Assembly (NCBI GenBank): GCA_000146465.1
Contig: CP001947.1
Length of the DNA: 64,000 bases
Direction: 5' to 3' (one strand)
Below are positions 1-10,038 of this stretch, one piece after another. The first letter of the stretch is position 1, and every line of letters starts with the position of its first letter. The notes under the pieces are model-generated. The model searched no databases, had not been told where the DNA came from, and worked only from the letters and a program-made list of their open reading frames with translations. A program made the translations under genes and the position numbers.

Positions 1-404
1 AAGACTTGATTGGGAATTTCTTGAGGGCACTTCAAGTACTGTGTAGCAAGTGCCAAGATTCGGAGACACATGCCCTATGTGTAAGATATTCGGCACAAGC
101 TTACGACGAATGGAAAAAGATCAAAAGTAAAAAGTTCCTGTTTTTCAAGAAACAGAGCCACAGGGACATTCAGATATATGCAAGTGTACTTGGAATCTAT
201 GGAACAGTAGGAGATTGTGGAAGATTCTACAATGTATACCAAGACCTTTTAAAGTCCGACATTGAGCTAGGTAGGGAATTATGTGCAAGACTAGAAAGCC
301 TGCATATCCAAGACTGCGAAGAATGTATCCTAAGAAGAAACAGAATCGTTCTGAACAAGAGTGGAAAGGCACCGCCGGTCTTTAATTTTTTGAATAAACC
401 TTGA
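1..404 (+). CDS. 3' end of a gene that starts upstream of the window; product not recognised
   Basis: The frame of track ORF 6..404 is open back to base 1, and its first codon is TTG rather than ATG. Stop at 402-404. No family motif recognised. Confidence 0.4.
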   Translation, partial: DLIGNFLRALQVLCSKCQDSETHALCVRYSAQAYDEWKKIKSKKFLFFKKQSHRDIQIYASVLGIYGTVGDCGRFYNVYQDLLKSDIELGRELCARLESLHIQDCEECILRRNRIVLNKSGKAPPVFNFLNKP

Positions 405-526
405 TGCACTTTCAAACGGTCATGGAGATAAGATATTTGAGCACAATAATCCAGAGGCTTTCAACCACCGAATTTTATAGGATTGCAGTTGAGCGAATAG
501 TAAAAACTCCATTGAAATCACCCTAA

Positions 527-1693
527 ATGCTCGGTGATTTCAAGATTGTAAAAAAGTGCAGTACAACAGATGCAAGAGTTTCGATATTCGAATTGAACGA
601 CACATGCCTTGAGTTGCCTATATTTATGCCTGTAGGGACATATGGAGCGATGAAGGGCATTCGCGTTCCTGACCTCCAGGAGAATATGATTTTGACAAAC
701 ACGTATCACCTTAGGAAGCTGGGGAAGAACATCAAAAGATTTATGAAGTATAATAGAGGGATGCTAACTGATTCTGGAGGGTTTCAGATTGGGAGCTTAC
801 CCGATGTTGTTGTGACAGAGGAGGGAGTGAAGTTTGAGAACACCTTGTTCACACCAGAAGATAGCATGAGCATACAAATGGAATTAGGTGCAGACATCAT
901 CATGCAGCTCGATGATGTTGTAAATCCATGTGATTCCAAGGAAAAAATAGAAGTTGCAATGAGGAGGTCCATAAGATGGATGGATAGGTGTATTACAGCG
1001 GTCAACCGCCATGAAGTTGATGAACACACTAAAAAATTAAAAAAGGAAGATCTTCCTCAAATAAGACTCGAGGAAGGGAGTACACAGATATTATTTCCCA
1101 TAATCCAAGGAGGACTTGACGAAGAGCTAAGGGCAGAAAGCATTGCCGAAGTCCTCAAGAGATCTCCAAAGGGCCTTGCAATAGGGGGATTAAGCGGAGG
1201 AGAAGAGAAATCCGAATTTGCACGGATTGTTCACTTTTGTATAAAGAACCTTCCAGAAGGAATTCCGAGATATCTCATGGGAGTGGGGTATCCCGAAGAT
1301 ATAGTGGTGTGTGTAGCACTGGGAAGTGATATGTCCGACTGCGTATATCCAACAAGGACAGCCAGGTTTGGAAGAGGGTTTTCTGATTCCGGAGATGTCT
1401 GTTTCACATCCAAACTTAAGTATGACAAAAGGAAGATAGATGAAACCTGCAGTTGCTTTGTGTGTTCTAGATACTCAAGGGCATTTATGTTTTCGATCAA
1501 AGGAACCACCAACTTCTGCATGCTTCTCACAATTCACAACTTGCATTACATGAGAAATCTCACAAAAAGAATTAGAGAGTCCATAATGGAAGATAAATAT
1601 CCTGAGTTTATTAAGACTTTTATGGGAAATAGATTTAAAGAGATACCCGAATGGATAAAAATAGCTCTTAGGAAAGTTGGAGTTGAGGTTTAA
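527..1693 (+). CDS. TGT: queuine tRNA-ribosyltransferase (tRNA-guanine transglycosylase)
   Basis: 388-aa ATG ORF with TGT hallmarks LTDSGGFQ, GLAIGGLSGGE and MGVGYPEDIV, plus a C-terminal zinc-site pattern CSCFVCSRY...HN. Confidence 0.9.
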   Translation: MLGDFKIVKKCSTTDARVSIFELNDTCLELPIFMPVGTYGAMKGIRVPDLQENMILTNTYHLRKLGKNIKRFMKYNRGMLTDSGGFQIGSLPDVVVTEEGVKFENTLFTPEDSMSIQMELGADIIMQLDDVVNPCDSKEKIEVAMRRSIRWMDRCITAVNRHEVDEHTKKLKKEDLPQIRLEEGSTQILFPIIQGGLDEELRAESIAEVLKRSPKGLAIGGLSGGEEKSEFARIVHFCIKNLPEGIPRYLMGVGYPEDIVVCVALGSDMSDCVYPTRTARFGRGFSDSGDVCFTSKLKYDKRKIDETCSCFVCSRYSRAFMFSIKGTTNFCMLLTIHNLHYMRNLTKRIRESIMEDKYPEFIKTFMGNRFKEIPEWIKIALRKVGVEV

Positions 1694-1706
1694 GGATTCA
1701 ACCATG

Positions 1707-1712
1707 AATAAA
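1707..1712 (+). terminator. candidate polyadenylation signal AATAAA for the TGT gene
   Basis: AATAAA lies 14 nt after the TAA stop at 1691-1693, inside a 50-bp convergent spacer. Confidence 0.4.
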
Positions 1713-1743
1713 TCCATTTTGAAGCTAGAAAGTACAGAGCCAG

Positions 1744-1962
1744 CTAACTTTTCTGGGTGAAATCCTTGACAATATCAAACTTCAAGAGTTTGTCCACAAT
1801 GTCCACATGCCCCAGAAACATCCTTCTGCAGCATATTCTTTTCATCCCTAGTTCGTCAAGTGCCTCGGCTTCTCTCCCGCTGGTCCTTAGAAGTTCTAGA
1901 TACGGCTCCCATTTGCTGGAGATTTCCTTCCCGCAAGTAAAGCATCTTATTGGAATAATCAT
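1744..1962 (-). CDS. RPB10: RNA polymerase I/II/III common subunit RPB10 (ABC10-beta)
   Basis: 72-aa ORF beginning [12 protein letters not shown], with a later CCRRM zinc-bundle pattern typical of RPB10/RpoN. Confidence 0.9.
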   Translation of the reverse strand: MIIPIRCFTCGKEISSKWEPYLELLRTSGREAEALDELGMKRICCRRMFLGHVDIVDKLLKFDIVKDFTQKS

Positions 1963-2027
1963 TTTACAGAGGGCGTTGTTTTTAGCCCTATATACTCTGC
2001 AGATATCTTACCCAACTACACCCCAGG

Positions 2028-2444
2028 ATGTGGATAAAACTCAAAGACAAGGAGACAGGAAATCCATACTTCTACAATACAGAGACAGCAGAGAAAACAC
2101 AGAGAAAGCCTTCCGAGGGCTTTAGGCTGTACCATATATTGATAAAACACGAAAAATCAAGAAAGCCCGTAGATGTAAGCGTTGAAGAGGCTTTCTTAAA
2201 AATAAAGGAGATCTATGAGGAGTTAAAGGCAAAAGTTAATGATAGTGATTTCAAAGAGATCTTTAAGGAATATGCATATAAACACTCCCAGTGCTCGTCT
2301 TCAAAAAGAGGAGGAGACTTGGGGTTTGTATGTGGAAATGAAATGATGAAGGAGTTTGAAAGGCCAGCATTTTCTCTTCGAAGAGGAGAGATATCCGCCC
2401 CTGTTTCCACACCCTCTGGGTTCCATATAATTTATCGGAGATGA
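2028..2444 (+). CDS. ESS1: Pin1/Ess1-type peptidyl-prolyl isomerase (WW domain plus parvulin domain)
   Basis: N-terminal WW domain (WIKLKDKETGNPYFYNTETAEKTQRKP) followed by a parvulin core (HILIKHEKSRKP...GGDLGF...STPSGFHII). Confidence 0.85.
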   Translation: MWIKLKDKETGNPYFYNTETAEKTQRKPSEGFRLYHILIKHEKSRKPVDVSVEEAFLKIKEIYEELKAKVNDSDFKEIFKEYAYKHSQCSSSKRGGDLGFVCGNEMMKEFERPAFSLRRGEISAPVSTPSGFHIIYRR

Positions 2445-2465
2445 ACCATAAACAGGATCCTCATG

Positions 2466-2471
2466 TTTATT
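2466..2471 (-). terminator. candidate polyadenylation signal AATAAA for MCM5
   Basis: The minus strand reads TAG AAATAAAC. The AATAAA starts 2 nt after the MCM5 stop, within a 28-bp convergent spacer. Confidence 0.4.
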
Positions 2472-2472
2472 T

Positions 2473-4563
2473 CTAAGGCTGCCTTATCAATACTCTTCCC
2501 ATATCTCTAGCTATCAGCTTTTCTTGTTTGCACATGTAATCGATGGCTTTTTTGCACATCCATTCATCTTTTCCTTCAAGCCTTTTGATTAGATCGTTGT
2601 ATTTTATTGATCCTCCAACTGGTACAAGCTGCTTTATCCTGTTGCATATCTCTTCGATATCGTTGATCACATCGGGACGGACCATTCCTTCTAGCATATG
2701 TCCTTGGGAAACTGCGTTCATCGTGCTTACATTAAACAGCCTTATTGCTTCCTCTACGTGCTTTTCGGAGACTACTTGGCTCAATTCCATCTTCGCAAGT
2801 GACTCTCCTATCCGTATTATTGCTTCTAGCTGCCGAACCGTTATTGGAATTGAGTTCCGCTTCAGAGTGCTTTGTTCAAACTGCCTAACCTCTTTTCTTG
2901 TGTTGACATAGTATCTTGACAGCTGCTTGGATGCCGCATCCGAAAGTGTTGGAAACACCTTGCCTTTGGCATACTGTACATATCTTTTTAACACGCTAAC
3001 CGGGAGGGTCCCCGAATGCTCTTCCTCCCCAAGGACCCATTCTTCATTTCCATCCTGTGTCTCTTCAGGACACTTAGCATCCCCTCTGACCTTGTCTTGA
3101 TGGACAGAGAGCACATGCTTTGCAAGAGTGATGTCATTGGGACCAAACTTGTCTTTAAGTATAAATATGCAGTCAAACCTAGATAAAATGGTGGCTCCAA
3201 ATTCAATGTTTTCATCAGGAGTCTTATAATCGTCATATCTTCCAAAAACCGGGTTTGCAGCAGCAAGTATGCTTGTTCTGGTGTTTAGCATCGTTGTTAT
3301 CCCAGCCTTTGCAATTGATATTGTTTGTTGCTCCATGGCCTCATGGATGGCAACTCTGTCATGCTCATTCATTTTGTCAAACTCATCGATACAGCATATT
3401 CCATTGTCTGCAAGAACCAGTGCTCCCCCTTCAAGATAAAATTCTCCACTGCTGTCTCTTATTACACTGGCTGTTAGTCCTGCTGCCGAGCTTCCCTTTC
3501 CACTTGTGTAAACACCCACGGGAGATGCAAGTTCCATAAACTTCAGAAGTTGCGATTTGGCCATCCCCGGATCTCCTAGAAGAAGAACATTGATATCTCC
3601 TCTTAGAGTGACTTTATCCTCAAATACTCTTCTGGTTCCTCCAAACAGCATGCAGGCTAGAGCCTTCTTTACATCCTCATGTCCATACACCGAAGGCGCG
3701 ATGGATTTTGAAATCTTTTCATAAATGTTTGTTTTGCTAAGCCTTTTGAAGCTCTCTTCCTCCTCCTCTGTAAACATTCTTGAAATCTTGAGATTCTGAT
3801 GCTCAAGCCCTACCACTTTTACAATTGGAAGAGAACTGTCACGGATCATTCTCATACAGTAGATCCCTGTAATAATAACTTTTGATCCTGGAATCAAGCT
3901 GTTAACCATTCCCTTTTCCAAAACCAGGCTGAAGTGCCTGGGTGTTTCTCCAACAGGAATGTCTTCAAAAAACTCTTGGATCTTCACATACTGCACATCT
4001 ATCACCCTGCTTTTCTCAGGTATCACAATATAAGGATCGGCTGGGCATTCTGCCTTGTCGCACATCCTGGGAATCATATCCACAACTTCTTTGCTGCTAA
4101 GGCAGTTTCTGCAAACAAGAAACAGTACCTTCGGCTTTGTGATAACAGAAGATGCAGAAACAACTATTCCCTGTATCTTCACTATCTTATTTGTCCGGGA
4201 TGCATTTATTTCTCTGATGGGTATGCACCTACCTCCTGAAACCAAACGGAGCTGAAATCCCTCTGTCCCTCCTGTATTGTACTTACTTACTATAGCCTCT
4301 TCAAACCACTCAATAACCTTTTCAGGCCTCTTGGATAGCTCCTGAGAAAGAAGGCTCGAATACTGGTAAATATGCTCCAGCCTTACTGTTAGAGAAAAGT
4401 TATTCCGGTTGATGTTTGACGAAAGTACATGAGAGTACTCCTTTTGTGTCGTCTTGAACAGTTCAATAAACCGAATGAATTCGCCCTTGATTGTCTCCTC
4501 GTTTACAACTGGTTCATTGGTCACCAGGTCGATACTTGCAACTCTATGCTCATCCCAAGTCAT
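2473..4563 (-). CDS. MCM5: DNA replication licensing factor MCM5
   Basis: 696-aa ORF with a Walker A (GDPGMAKSQLL) and the MCM box CCIDEFDKM. The diagnostic stretch YTSGKGSSAAGLTASVIRD matches the MCM5 subtype. Confidence 0.9.
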   Translation of the reverse strand: MTWDEHRVASIDLVTNEPVVNEETIKGEFIRFIELFKTTQKEYSHVLSSNINRNNFSLTVRLEHIYQYSSLLSQELSKRPEKVIEWFEEAIVSKYNTGGTEGFQLRLVSGGRCIPIREINASRTNKIVKIQGIVVSASSVITKPKVLFLVCRNCLSSKEVVDMIPRMCDKAECPADPYIVIPEKSRVIDVQYVKIQEFFEDIPVGETPRHFSLVLEKGMVNSLIPGSKVIITGIYCMRMIRDSSLPIVKVVGLEHQNLKISRMFTEEEEESFKRLSKTNIYEKISKSIAPSVYGHEDVKKALACMLFGGTRRVFEDKVTLRGDINVLLLGDPGMAKSQLLKFMELASPVGVYTSGKGSSAAGLTASVIRDSSGEFYLEGGALVLADNGICCIDEFDKMNEHDRVAIHEAMEQQTISIAKAGITTMLNTRTSILAAANPVFGRYDDYKTPDENIEFGATILSRFDCIFILKDKFGPNDITLAKHVLSVHQDKVRGDAKCPEETQDGNEEWVLGEEEHSGTLPVSVLKRYVQYAKGKVFPTLSDAASKQLSRYYVNTRKEVRQFEQSTLKRNSIPITVRQLEAIIRIGESLAKMELSQVVSEKHVEEAIRLFNVSTMNAVSQGHMLEGMVRPDVINDIEEICNRIKQLVPVGGSIKYNDLIKRLEGKDEWMCKKAIDYMCKQEKLIARDMGRVLIRQP

Positions 4564-4631
4564 TTTAAGATGGGCTTTTCTCTGTAGAATTCAACATCAA
4601 GAATTAAAACCATCCCATCCCAAGCCCAGAG

Positions 4632-5282
4632 ATGGATCGCATCGACTCGATGGACAGAGGAATCCAGAGGCACACAAACACCTACATACATGCGGTGATC
4701 AGCCTCTTGAAGCAGTATGATCGGCCACTGTCCTTTGAGGAGATAAGAGATAAGACAAGAATCGACTTACACAACAATTACATGCTCCTTCAGTCTATTA
4801 AGAAAAATCCAAGGATAGTTTCAACTCATAACACTTTGATGTTCAAGCCTTTGTACTCGATAAGGAGTGTAGAGGACATGAGAGAAGTTATGAAGAAGTT
4901 GAATGGAGAAGAGGGTTTGGAGATGAGCAAGTTGATGGATTCCCCAGTGAATATTGCGCCGTTTGTAGATGAGCTGAAGAAAAATAATGAAATAATTGTG
5001 CTTAGTGACCTAGATGGGTCCGAGGTGGTGTTCTGGAACGATATGCAGGAAAATCCTGTTGCTCCAGAGATAAAAGATTTGTGGAGCCAAGTTAGGATAT
5101 CGACATACCATGATCTAATAAGGGAACTTAACACCGCCGGACTAAAGACAGAAAAAGTCGAAAATGTTAAGAAGAGATCTACAATCAAGATCAAAAAGGA
5201 TAGAAGAAGCAGAAGACGGATCCGAATAACGAATACGCATGTAAAGGGATTAGATCTCAGTGGCGTACAGGACGAAGGGTAG
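4632..5282 (+). CDS. TFA2: transcription initiation factor TFIIE beta subunit
   Basis: 216-aa ORF with a winged-helix-like N-terminal half and a basic C-terminus (KKDRRSRRRIRITNTHVKG) typical of TFIIE-beta. Confidence 0.65.
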   Translation: MDRIDSMDRGIQRHTNTYIHAVISLLKQYDRPLSFEEIRDKTRIDLHNNYMLLQSIKKNPRIVSTHNTLMFKPLYSIRSVEDMREVMKKLNGEEGLEMSKLMDSPVNIAPFVDELKKNNEIIVLSDLDGSEVVFWNDMQENPVAPEIKDLWSQVRISTYHDLIRELNTAGLKTEKVENVKKRSTIKIKKDRRSRRRIRITNTHVKGLDLSGVQDEG

Positions 5283-5338
5283 CCAACACAGTTCCAAACT
5301 CTCTGTATCGAAATACATTTTATTAAATAGCAGGCTCC

Positions 5339-6019
5339 TTAAACTGTTGTCTTGTATTCCAAACCATCCACACTGTAAAGATGGCAATCCCTCAATAGAA
5401 CATCGATGTTTTCTTTAATCTCGCTTTCTGGATATTTAGACGAGAGCATCTTGATAACCACATTTATGTGAAGCCCATTCTCATCCTGGTTCTTCCTATA
5501 GCACTCCAGTATGTCCTCCTGGATCCTGCCGAGCTTTGCACCATCGCTTTTTACCTCTTCTCTCTGAAGCTGCCTGGTATAGAATAGATGTTGATAGATA
5601 CAGTTCAGAAAGTGGTAGGTGATAAGATTTGGGTCTTCTACCTGGGCTAGATGGGACACAGATACACTTCTCTTTCCATTGAATGTTCGGAGAGACCCAT
5701 TGACCTGGAGAAGTCCATGTTCTTCAAGAGCCTTGCACTGCTCTTCCTCATAGGAATTACTTGGCCAGAATGTACAATCCACACTCTCTGTCCCATCCTC
5801 CAAAACAAACATCGAACCTGTTGCCGATGTTCTCGAAGATACAACCCATCCAACAATTTGAACGTTGGTGACTTCCGCAGAGTCGATCATGTGTGTTGAA
5901 GATGCCTCATCAAAGTCACAGTTGTTGATCTGTTTGATTGTGAGTGTTCTTAGTGTCTTTATTCCTAGGAATTCTCTTTTTGGAGAGCTTTGGATGTATC
6001 CTCCGTCACTTCTGTCCAT
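5339..6019 (-). CDS. RFA2: replication protein A middle (32-kDa type) subunit
   Basis: 226 aa. Central OB fold (VQIVGWVVSSRTSATGSMFVLEDGTESVDCTFW) and a C-terminal winged-helix-like segment, which is the RPA2 architecture. Confidence 0.6.
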   Translation of the reverse strand: MDRSDGGYIQSSPKREFLGIKTLRTLTIKQINNCDFDEASSTHMIDSAEVTNVQIVGWVVSSRTSATGSMFVLEDGTESVDCTFWPSNSYEEEQCKALEEHGLLQVNGSLRTFNGKRSVSVSHLAQVEDPNLITYHFLNCIYQHLFYTRQLQREEVKSDGAKLGRIQEDILECYRKNQDENGLHINVVIKMLSSKYPESEIKENIDVLLRDCHLYSVDGLEYKTTV

Positions 6020-6061
6020 ATGGGTCTAGGATTTCCGCTACCAAAAATTTGCCCTCTTGAG

Positions 6062-8269
6062 ATGAGGATTAATGAATCGGATCTCTTCAAGAGATATAGA
6101 ATTGCCAACCAAATGGCTTCGAACTTCCCATTGATGCTCAGAGAGGTCAATGAGACTGTCTACATAACATCCACAACCCAAAGGAGCTATACGATATACG
6201 ATGTGAAGAAGATGAATCTCCTCTTCTGCGGGCCTATGTTCAATCAAATTCATTGCACTTATCAGAAAGGAGATTTTGTCTATGTTGGGTCATACAGAGA
6301 TGTGTATGTGACCACTCGGGGGAGTATTGTCCGATGCTTTACTCTTCCAGCAGGCTTGGTTCAATCCAACAAGAGGATCCGAGTGTCTGAGGAGAGCTTG
6401 GAAGGAATTATTAGACAGATCCTTGGGTTTGGAGAGGTGATTCTGATTCTAACACAAAGCGAGCTGTTTGTTACTGAGGATCTGAACGAGATATATAAGA
6501 TTGATCATGATGAGATTGAAAGTTTGTTCCATCCTCATACATATGTTAACAAAGTTGTTAAGATTCTTCGGGGAGGAAGGATGGTACTGTTCAATGTGTC
6601 TACCAGGAGGGAAGTGTATGTGTACAAGCCGTTTGAGGCAACGATAACAGCGATTGAACAGAGTCCTGTGATTGATGTTGTTGGAATAGGCTTAGAGAAT
6701 GGTATTGTGCATGTATTTAACCTGAGGACTGATAAGATTCTGTTTTCATTTAAGGCAGGATGTAAAGTTCATGGGCTCAGCTTTGGAGGAAACCATCTCA
6801 TGGTGATAACAGGAAAAGAGATGCTAATGTTTGATCTAGACGAGAAGAAAAAGATGGGATCAATTGAAGGTTCTACTAGCAAACAAGATGGGACTGAGGA
6901 ATGTTTGGACAGAAGAATTCTAAGTGGAAAGTTCCTCGATGACAAATCCTTTGTTATATCCACAAAAGATTCATTGTCTCTTTATGAGGTAGAGAACTAT
7001 AACCTTGAGCTAATTAAGAGAAGAAGAACATACAACGACAAGATAATAGGGATGGAGTTTGTAGATGAAAAAAGCGTTCTTTTGTTTGGTCCCAAATGTG
7101 TCTTCAGTATGAATGTGTATAGGGACGAGCAGAACTTCATGTTCAAATTCAAAGGAGATATTGAGATGATGGATGTTAACAAAAACATTGTATGTTCTGG
7201 AAAAGGGCAATTGCATTCCTTTAATTTCTCAGAGAAGAACTCAAAGCCCCTTTTGAGAAAGGATGTCAATTGTCTATCTGTATACAAGGACTTTTGCTGT
7301 TTTGGAAAAGACAAAATTACTTTAATCAACCTCAAATCAAAACTTGTGCACAGCAAATTTTCCATTGGTGAGGAGCTGATTGATTTGGCAATGGACTTCA
7401 CACGGATAATTGCGGCAACAGCATCAGGTGTATGGATATACACAACGAAGGGAGAATTTATCTCCAAATATGAGCAGAAGGGAGTAGTATCCATAAGACT
7501 GATGGAAAGCTTTGTTGTTATCTGTACTTCCTTCCAGATCTTATTCTATGACGAGGGGGTTTCGAGAGTATTCAAGATGGCAGATGAGATAACGGATTAT
7601 TGTGTATCCAGCGACTCGAAATGGATAGCCATCTTGTGCGGAGAGAAGATCTTTCTCTACGACATCCTGACCACCACGCTTCTTGACATGCTTGGGATGG
7701 ATGAGGAAGCAAAATTCATCAGGTTTTCTCCAAATCTTGACTTTCTTTTGGCTGTTTCTAAGAGCAATGATCTGATTTTATTTTCAAACAAGAGCAACTT
7801 CCAGTCACACTCAAAACCTGAGAAGTTTGCTTTGAATTTCTCAGACTTCAAGGAAAGAAGCAATGCACAGGAAACTGTGTGGAGACAGAAGAGAGGAAGT
7901 CTGTATTCAGAGCTTCTACTTTTGAAAGGCTTGGAAAGAAAACCAGAGGATATGGAAGGGGAAGGTTCCAACTTGTCCGAATCTTCTCTAGAAACATTAG
8001 AAAAGCTTCTAGATGAAGATTGGATAAAAGGGATGACTAAAGAGGAAGTCTTGAAGGTTATGGATATCCTTGCTCTCCATACCACTACATCCATGAATGT
8101 TGTTCAAAGGATCTTGTTTAATATCTTAAGGTACAAATCCCATCTACTGGAGCCTGAGGATGTGAGCACATTTCATGAAAGATTCATCAGAGACTGGGAT
8201 GATTTTGAAGAAAATGCATTAAAGGCGATAGGATACCTCAGTGCCGAAGCTGATGGGTTACTCCAATAG
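6062..8269 (+). CDS. UTP21: U3 snoRNP / SSU processome WD-repeat protein UTP21 (WDR36 family)
   Basis: The N-terminus SDLFKRYRIANQ matches the Utp21 SKIFSPFRIIGN motif. The block HTYVNKVV...LFNVSTRREVY...ITAIEQSPVIDVVGIGLENGIVHVFNLRTDKIL is collinear with yeast Utp21 as I recall it. Start moved to the ATG at 6062, because the track start at 5990 would overlap RFA2. Confidence 0.8.
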   Translation: MRINESDLFKRYRIANQMASNFPLMLREVNETVYITSTTQRSYTIYDVKKMNLLFCGPMFNQIHCTYQKGDFVYVGSYRDVYVTTRGSIVRCFTLPAGLVQSNKRIRVSEESLEGIIRQILGFGEVILILTQSELFVTEDLNEIYKIDHDEIESLFHPHTYVNKVVKILRGGRMVLFNVSTRREVYVYKPFEATITAIEQSPVIDVVGIGLENGIVHVFNLRTDKILFSFKAGCKVHGLSFGGNHLMVITGKEMLMFDLDEKKKMGSIEGSTSKQDGTEECLDRRILSGKFLDDKSFVISTKDSLSLYEVENYNLELIKRRRTYNDKIIGMEFVDEKSVLLFGPKCVFSMNVYRDEQNFMFKFKGDIEMMDVNKNIVCSGKGQLHSFNFSEKNSKPLLRKDVNCLSVYKDFCCFGKDKITLINLKSKLVHSKFSIGEELIDLAMDFTRIIAATASGVWIYTTKGEFISKYEQKGVVSIRLMESFVVICTSFQILFYDEGVSRVFKMADEITDYCVSSDSKWIAILCGEKIFLYDILTTTLLDMLGMDEEAKFIRFSPNLDFLLAVSKSNDLILFSNKSNFQSHSKPEKFALNFSDFKERSNAQETVWRQKRGSLYSELLLLKGLERKPEDMEGEGSNLSESSLETLEKLLDEDWIKGMTKEEVLKVMDILALHTTTSMNVVQRILFNILRYKSHLLEPEDVSTFHERFIRDWDDFEENALKAIGYLSAEADGLLQ

Positions 8270-8286
8270 ATCTTTGCTCTACATGT

Positions 8287-9948
8287 CTATCTTCTTAGAA
8301 CAATGAGTCTAGAGGTTATCAATAAACTTATCAACACAATCATCAGTAAGATTACGGATCTACTTCTAATGACAGCTAGAGTATTAGCCTTCTGACTCCA
8401 GATGTCCGGAAGTTTTATTGGGGAAAAAAGTGAAGTGAAGACTGGAGAACATACATCGTACTGGTCCAGACACCAGAGACTGCCATCCTTAGATGAGCAC
8501 TTTGTGCTGGGAAATTTCCCTACTCTTTCGCACATCAAGGCTTCTGTTTGCAATACTCCTTTCTTGCAGAAGCCTTCTGGGACCGGCCTAGACCCATCCT
8601 GAGCATACTTGATTCTGCATATAGGGGATTCTCCGTCGCAGTAACTCCCCTCCTCACAGTTCATCTTGTGAATATTTGAAGATCTTTCTTTGCACATTGT
8701 GTTTTTTGGAAGTAAGCTGCAGTCTTTACAACATCTTCCATTTCGGTCATCGCACTGTGCCCCAGACCTTAACTTGCATTGTCTAGTACAGCAAAGAGAA
8801 CCATTTGGAAGACCTGAGTCACACTCTTTTTCTCCCTCAACCACGCCATTTCCACAAGTGTCTATCTCATCGAACTGGATCTTGTTCTTCAGAATAAACC
8901 TTTCTATTTGCTTTATGTTTCGGTTACTGAGGACAGCACTCTCTTCCTTCTCTAACGGACCCTCTTCCTCCCTCATTAGACACCCTTTATCCAAATCGTG
9001 TTCTGCACCCAGCCCATGTGCTATCTCATGTGCAAGCACCTTCCCCTTATAGAAGTACGAGTCCGACTCCAATATCTTAACAACTCCAAATCTCCTTGTG
9101 ATAGAGCCCATTCCTCCAACAAACGTCAACCCATTCACTTTTATGCTGGATGTCTGAAGAAGAAGGACAAGATTAGACTTCTCTAGGAGCATCCCTATCC
9201 TTGTATTCTCTTTTACAGGCCTGAGGATCCTACTAAATTTCCTGAGTGTTCCAACACTATCGGTTTTTTCAATCCATTCTGGATCAATGTCTCTCGTTTT
9301 TATCATTTCTAACTCTCGTAGTCTAACGTAAGATTTCGGAATCAAAGGCTTGTCTATAACATTAAGTATTCCATTCAGGGACAGCCTGATGCCATCGATG
9401 CTCCATCTGTTCCTTTCAAATATGTCTTTTGCGTTTCTGAATATTTCTATTGTGTCAAGATTGATGTCCGGACCTATCTCCTGAACTCTATCGAAGTCGT
9501 TGATCAAAAACACTTTGATAACTTTTTTAGTGTTCTTCACTTCTTTGCGCTCCTTGGAATCCTCTTGTCTATTCATGGAAATATTTCCCAGTTTCTTGAT
9601 TATGACTCTCCCATCTTCTCCCGATTGGATCCGATACATAACTCCAGAGGATACGAACGATCCATAAATGAAATTACAGAAGGATATTGAGCCGTAGCAC
9701 TCTTCTTCATCAAGACATTCAATGGAAAAGTCACACAGGTTCTGCCTCATGACTGTCCCATTGATTTCAAGGGATGAATCTGCCAGCTTAAGCCTGAAGT
9801 CTCTTCCAAAGGCTCTAAAGACCATAATGAGGCTGGAAGACAAGGGAACACTTTCCATTGGGATCATTTGGCCGCTAAGGTCTGCAAATTCCAGGCTTAT
9901 TTCCTCTGTTTTACAGAATACAAAAGAAAGCATAGAAAACAAAAGCAT
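8287..9948 (-). CDS. ADAM-family membrane zinc metalloprotease (reprolysin plus disintegrin domains)
   Basis: N-terminal signal peptide and a reprolysin zinc site HEIAHGLGAEHD. Disintegrin cysteine pattern CGNGVVEGEKECDSG...CCTRQCKLRSGAQCDDRNGRCCKDC. C-terminal TM helix (VILLMIVLISLLITSRLIVL). Confidence 0.85.
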   Translation of the reverse strand: MLLFSMLSFVFCKTEEISLEFADLSGQMIPMESVPLSSSLIMVFRAFGRDFRLKLADSSLEINGTVMRQNLCDFSIECLDEEECYGSISFCNFIYGSFVSSGVMYRIQSGEDGRVIIKKLGNISMNRQEDSKERKEVKNTKKVIKVFLINDFDRVQEIGPDINLDTIEIFRNAKDIFERNRWSIDGIRLSLNGILNVIDKPLIPKSYVRLRELEMIKTRDIDPEWIEKTDSVGTLRKFSRILRPVKENTRIGMLLEKSNLVLLLQTSSIKVNGLTFVGGMGSITRRFGVVKILESDSYFYKGKVLAHEIAHGLGAEHDLDKGCLMREEEGPLEKEESAVLSNRNIKQIERFILKNKIQFDEIDTCGNGVVEGEKECDSGLPNGSLCCTRQCKLRSGAQCDDRNGRCCKDCSLLPKNTMCKERSSNIHKMNCEEGSYCDGESPICRIKYAQDGSRPVPEGFCKKGVLQTEALMCERVGKFPSTKCSSKDGSLWCLDQYDVCSPVFTSLFSPIKLPDIWSQKANTLAVIRSRSVILLMIVLISLLITSRLIVLRR

Positions 9949-10038
9949 ATTGTTTACTAATTCCCCAGCAGCTTTGAGACATAAAACAATCGGCTTTGAA
10001 GGGAGCTCCAGATCTTAACAACGAGGACGGTCCCCTTG

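Noticed and set aside
5990-6061. Track start of the UTP21 ORF, which overlaps RFA2 by 30 nt; similar upstream extensions occur at 10036, 12306, 19239, 19281, 25044, 30089, 31878, 33023, 35476, 38370, 46752, 49694, 58599, 59939 and 63913
   Set aside because: Most of these extensions begin on TTG or GTG. Where they begin on ATG, they add residues unlike the protein family. The first in-frame ATG gives N-termini that align with the families and removes the gene overlaps.
6997-7494. 165-aa minus-strand ORF inside UTP21
   Set aside because: It is nested antisense to a gene with strong family-level evidence. No motifs were found. It is a chance open frame.
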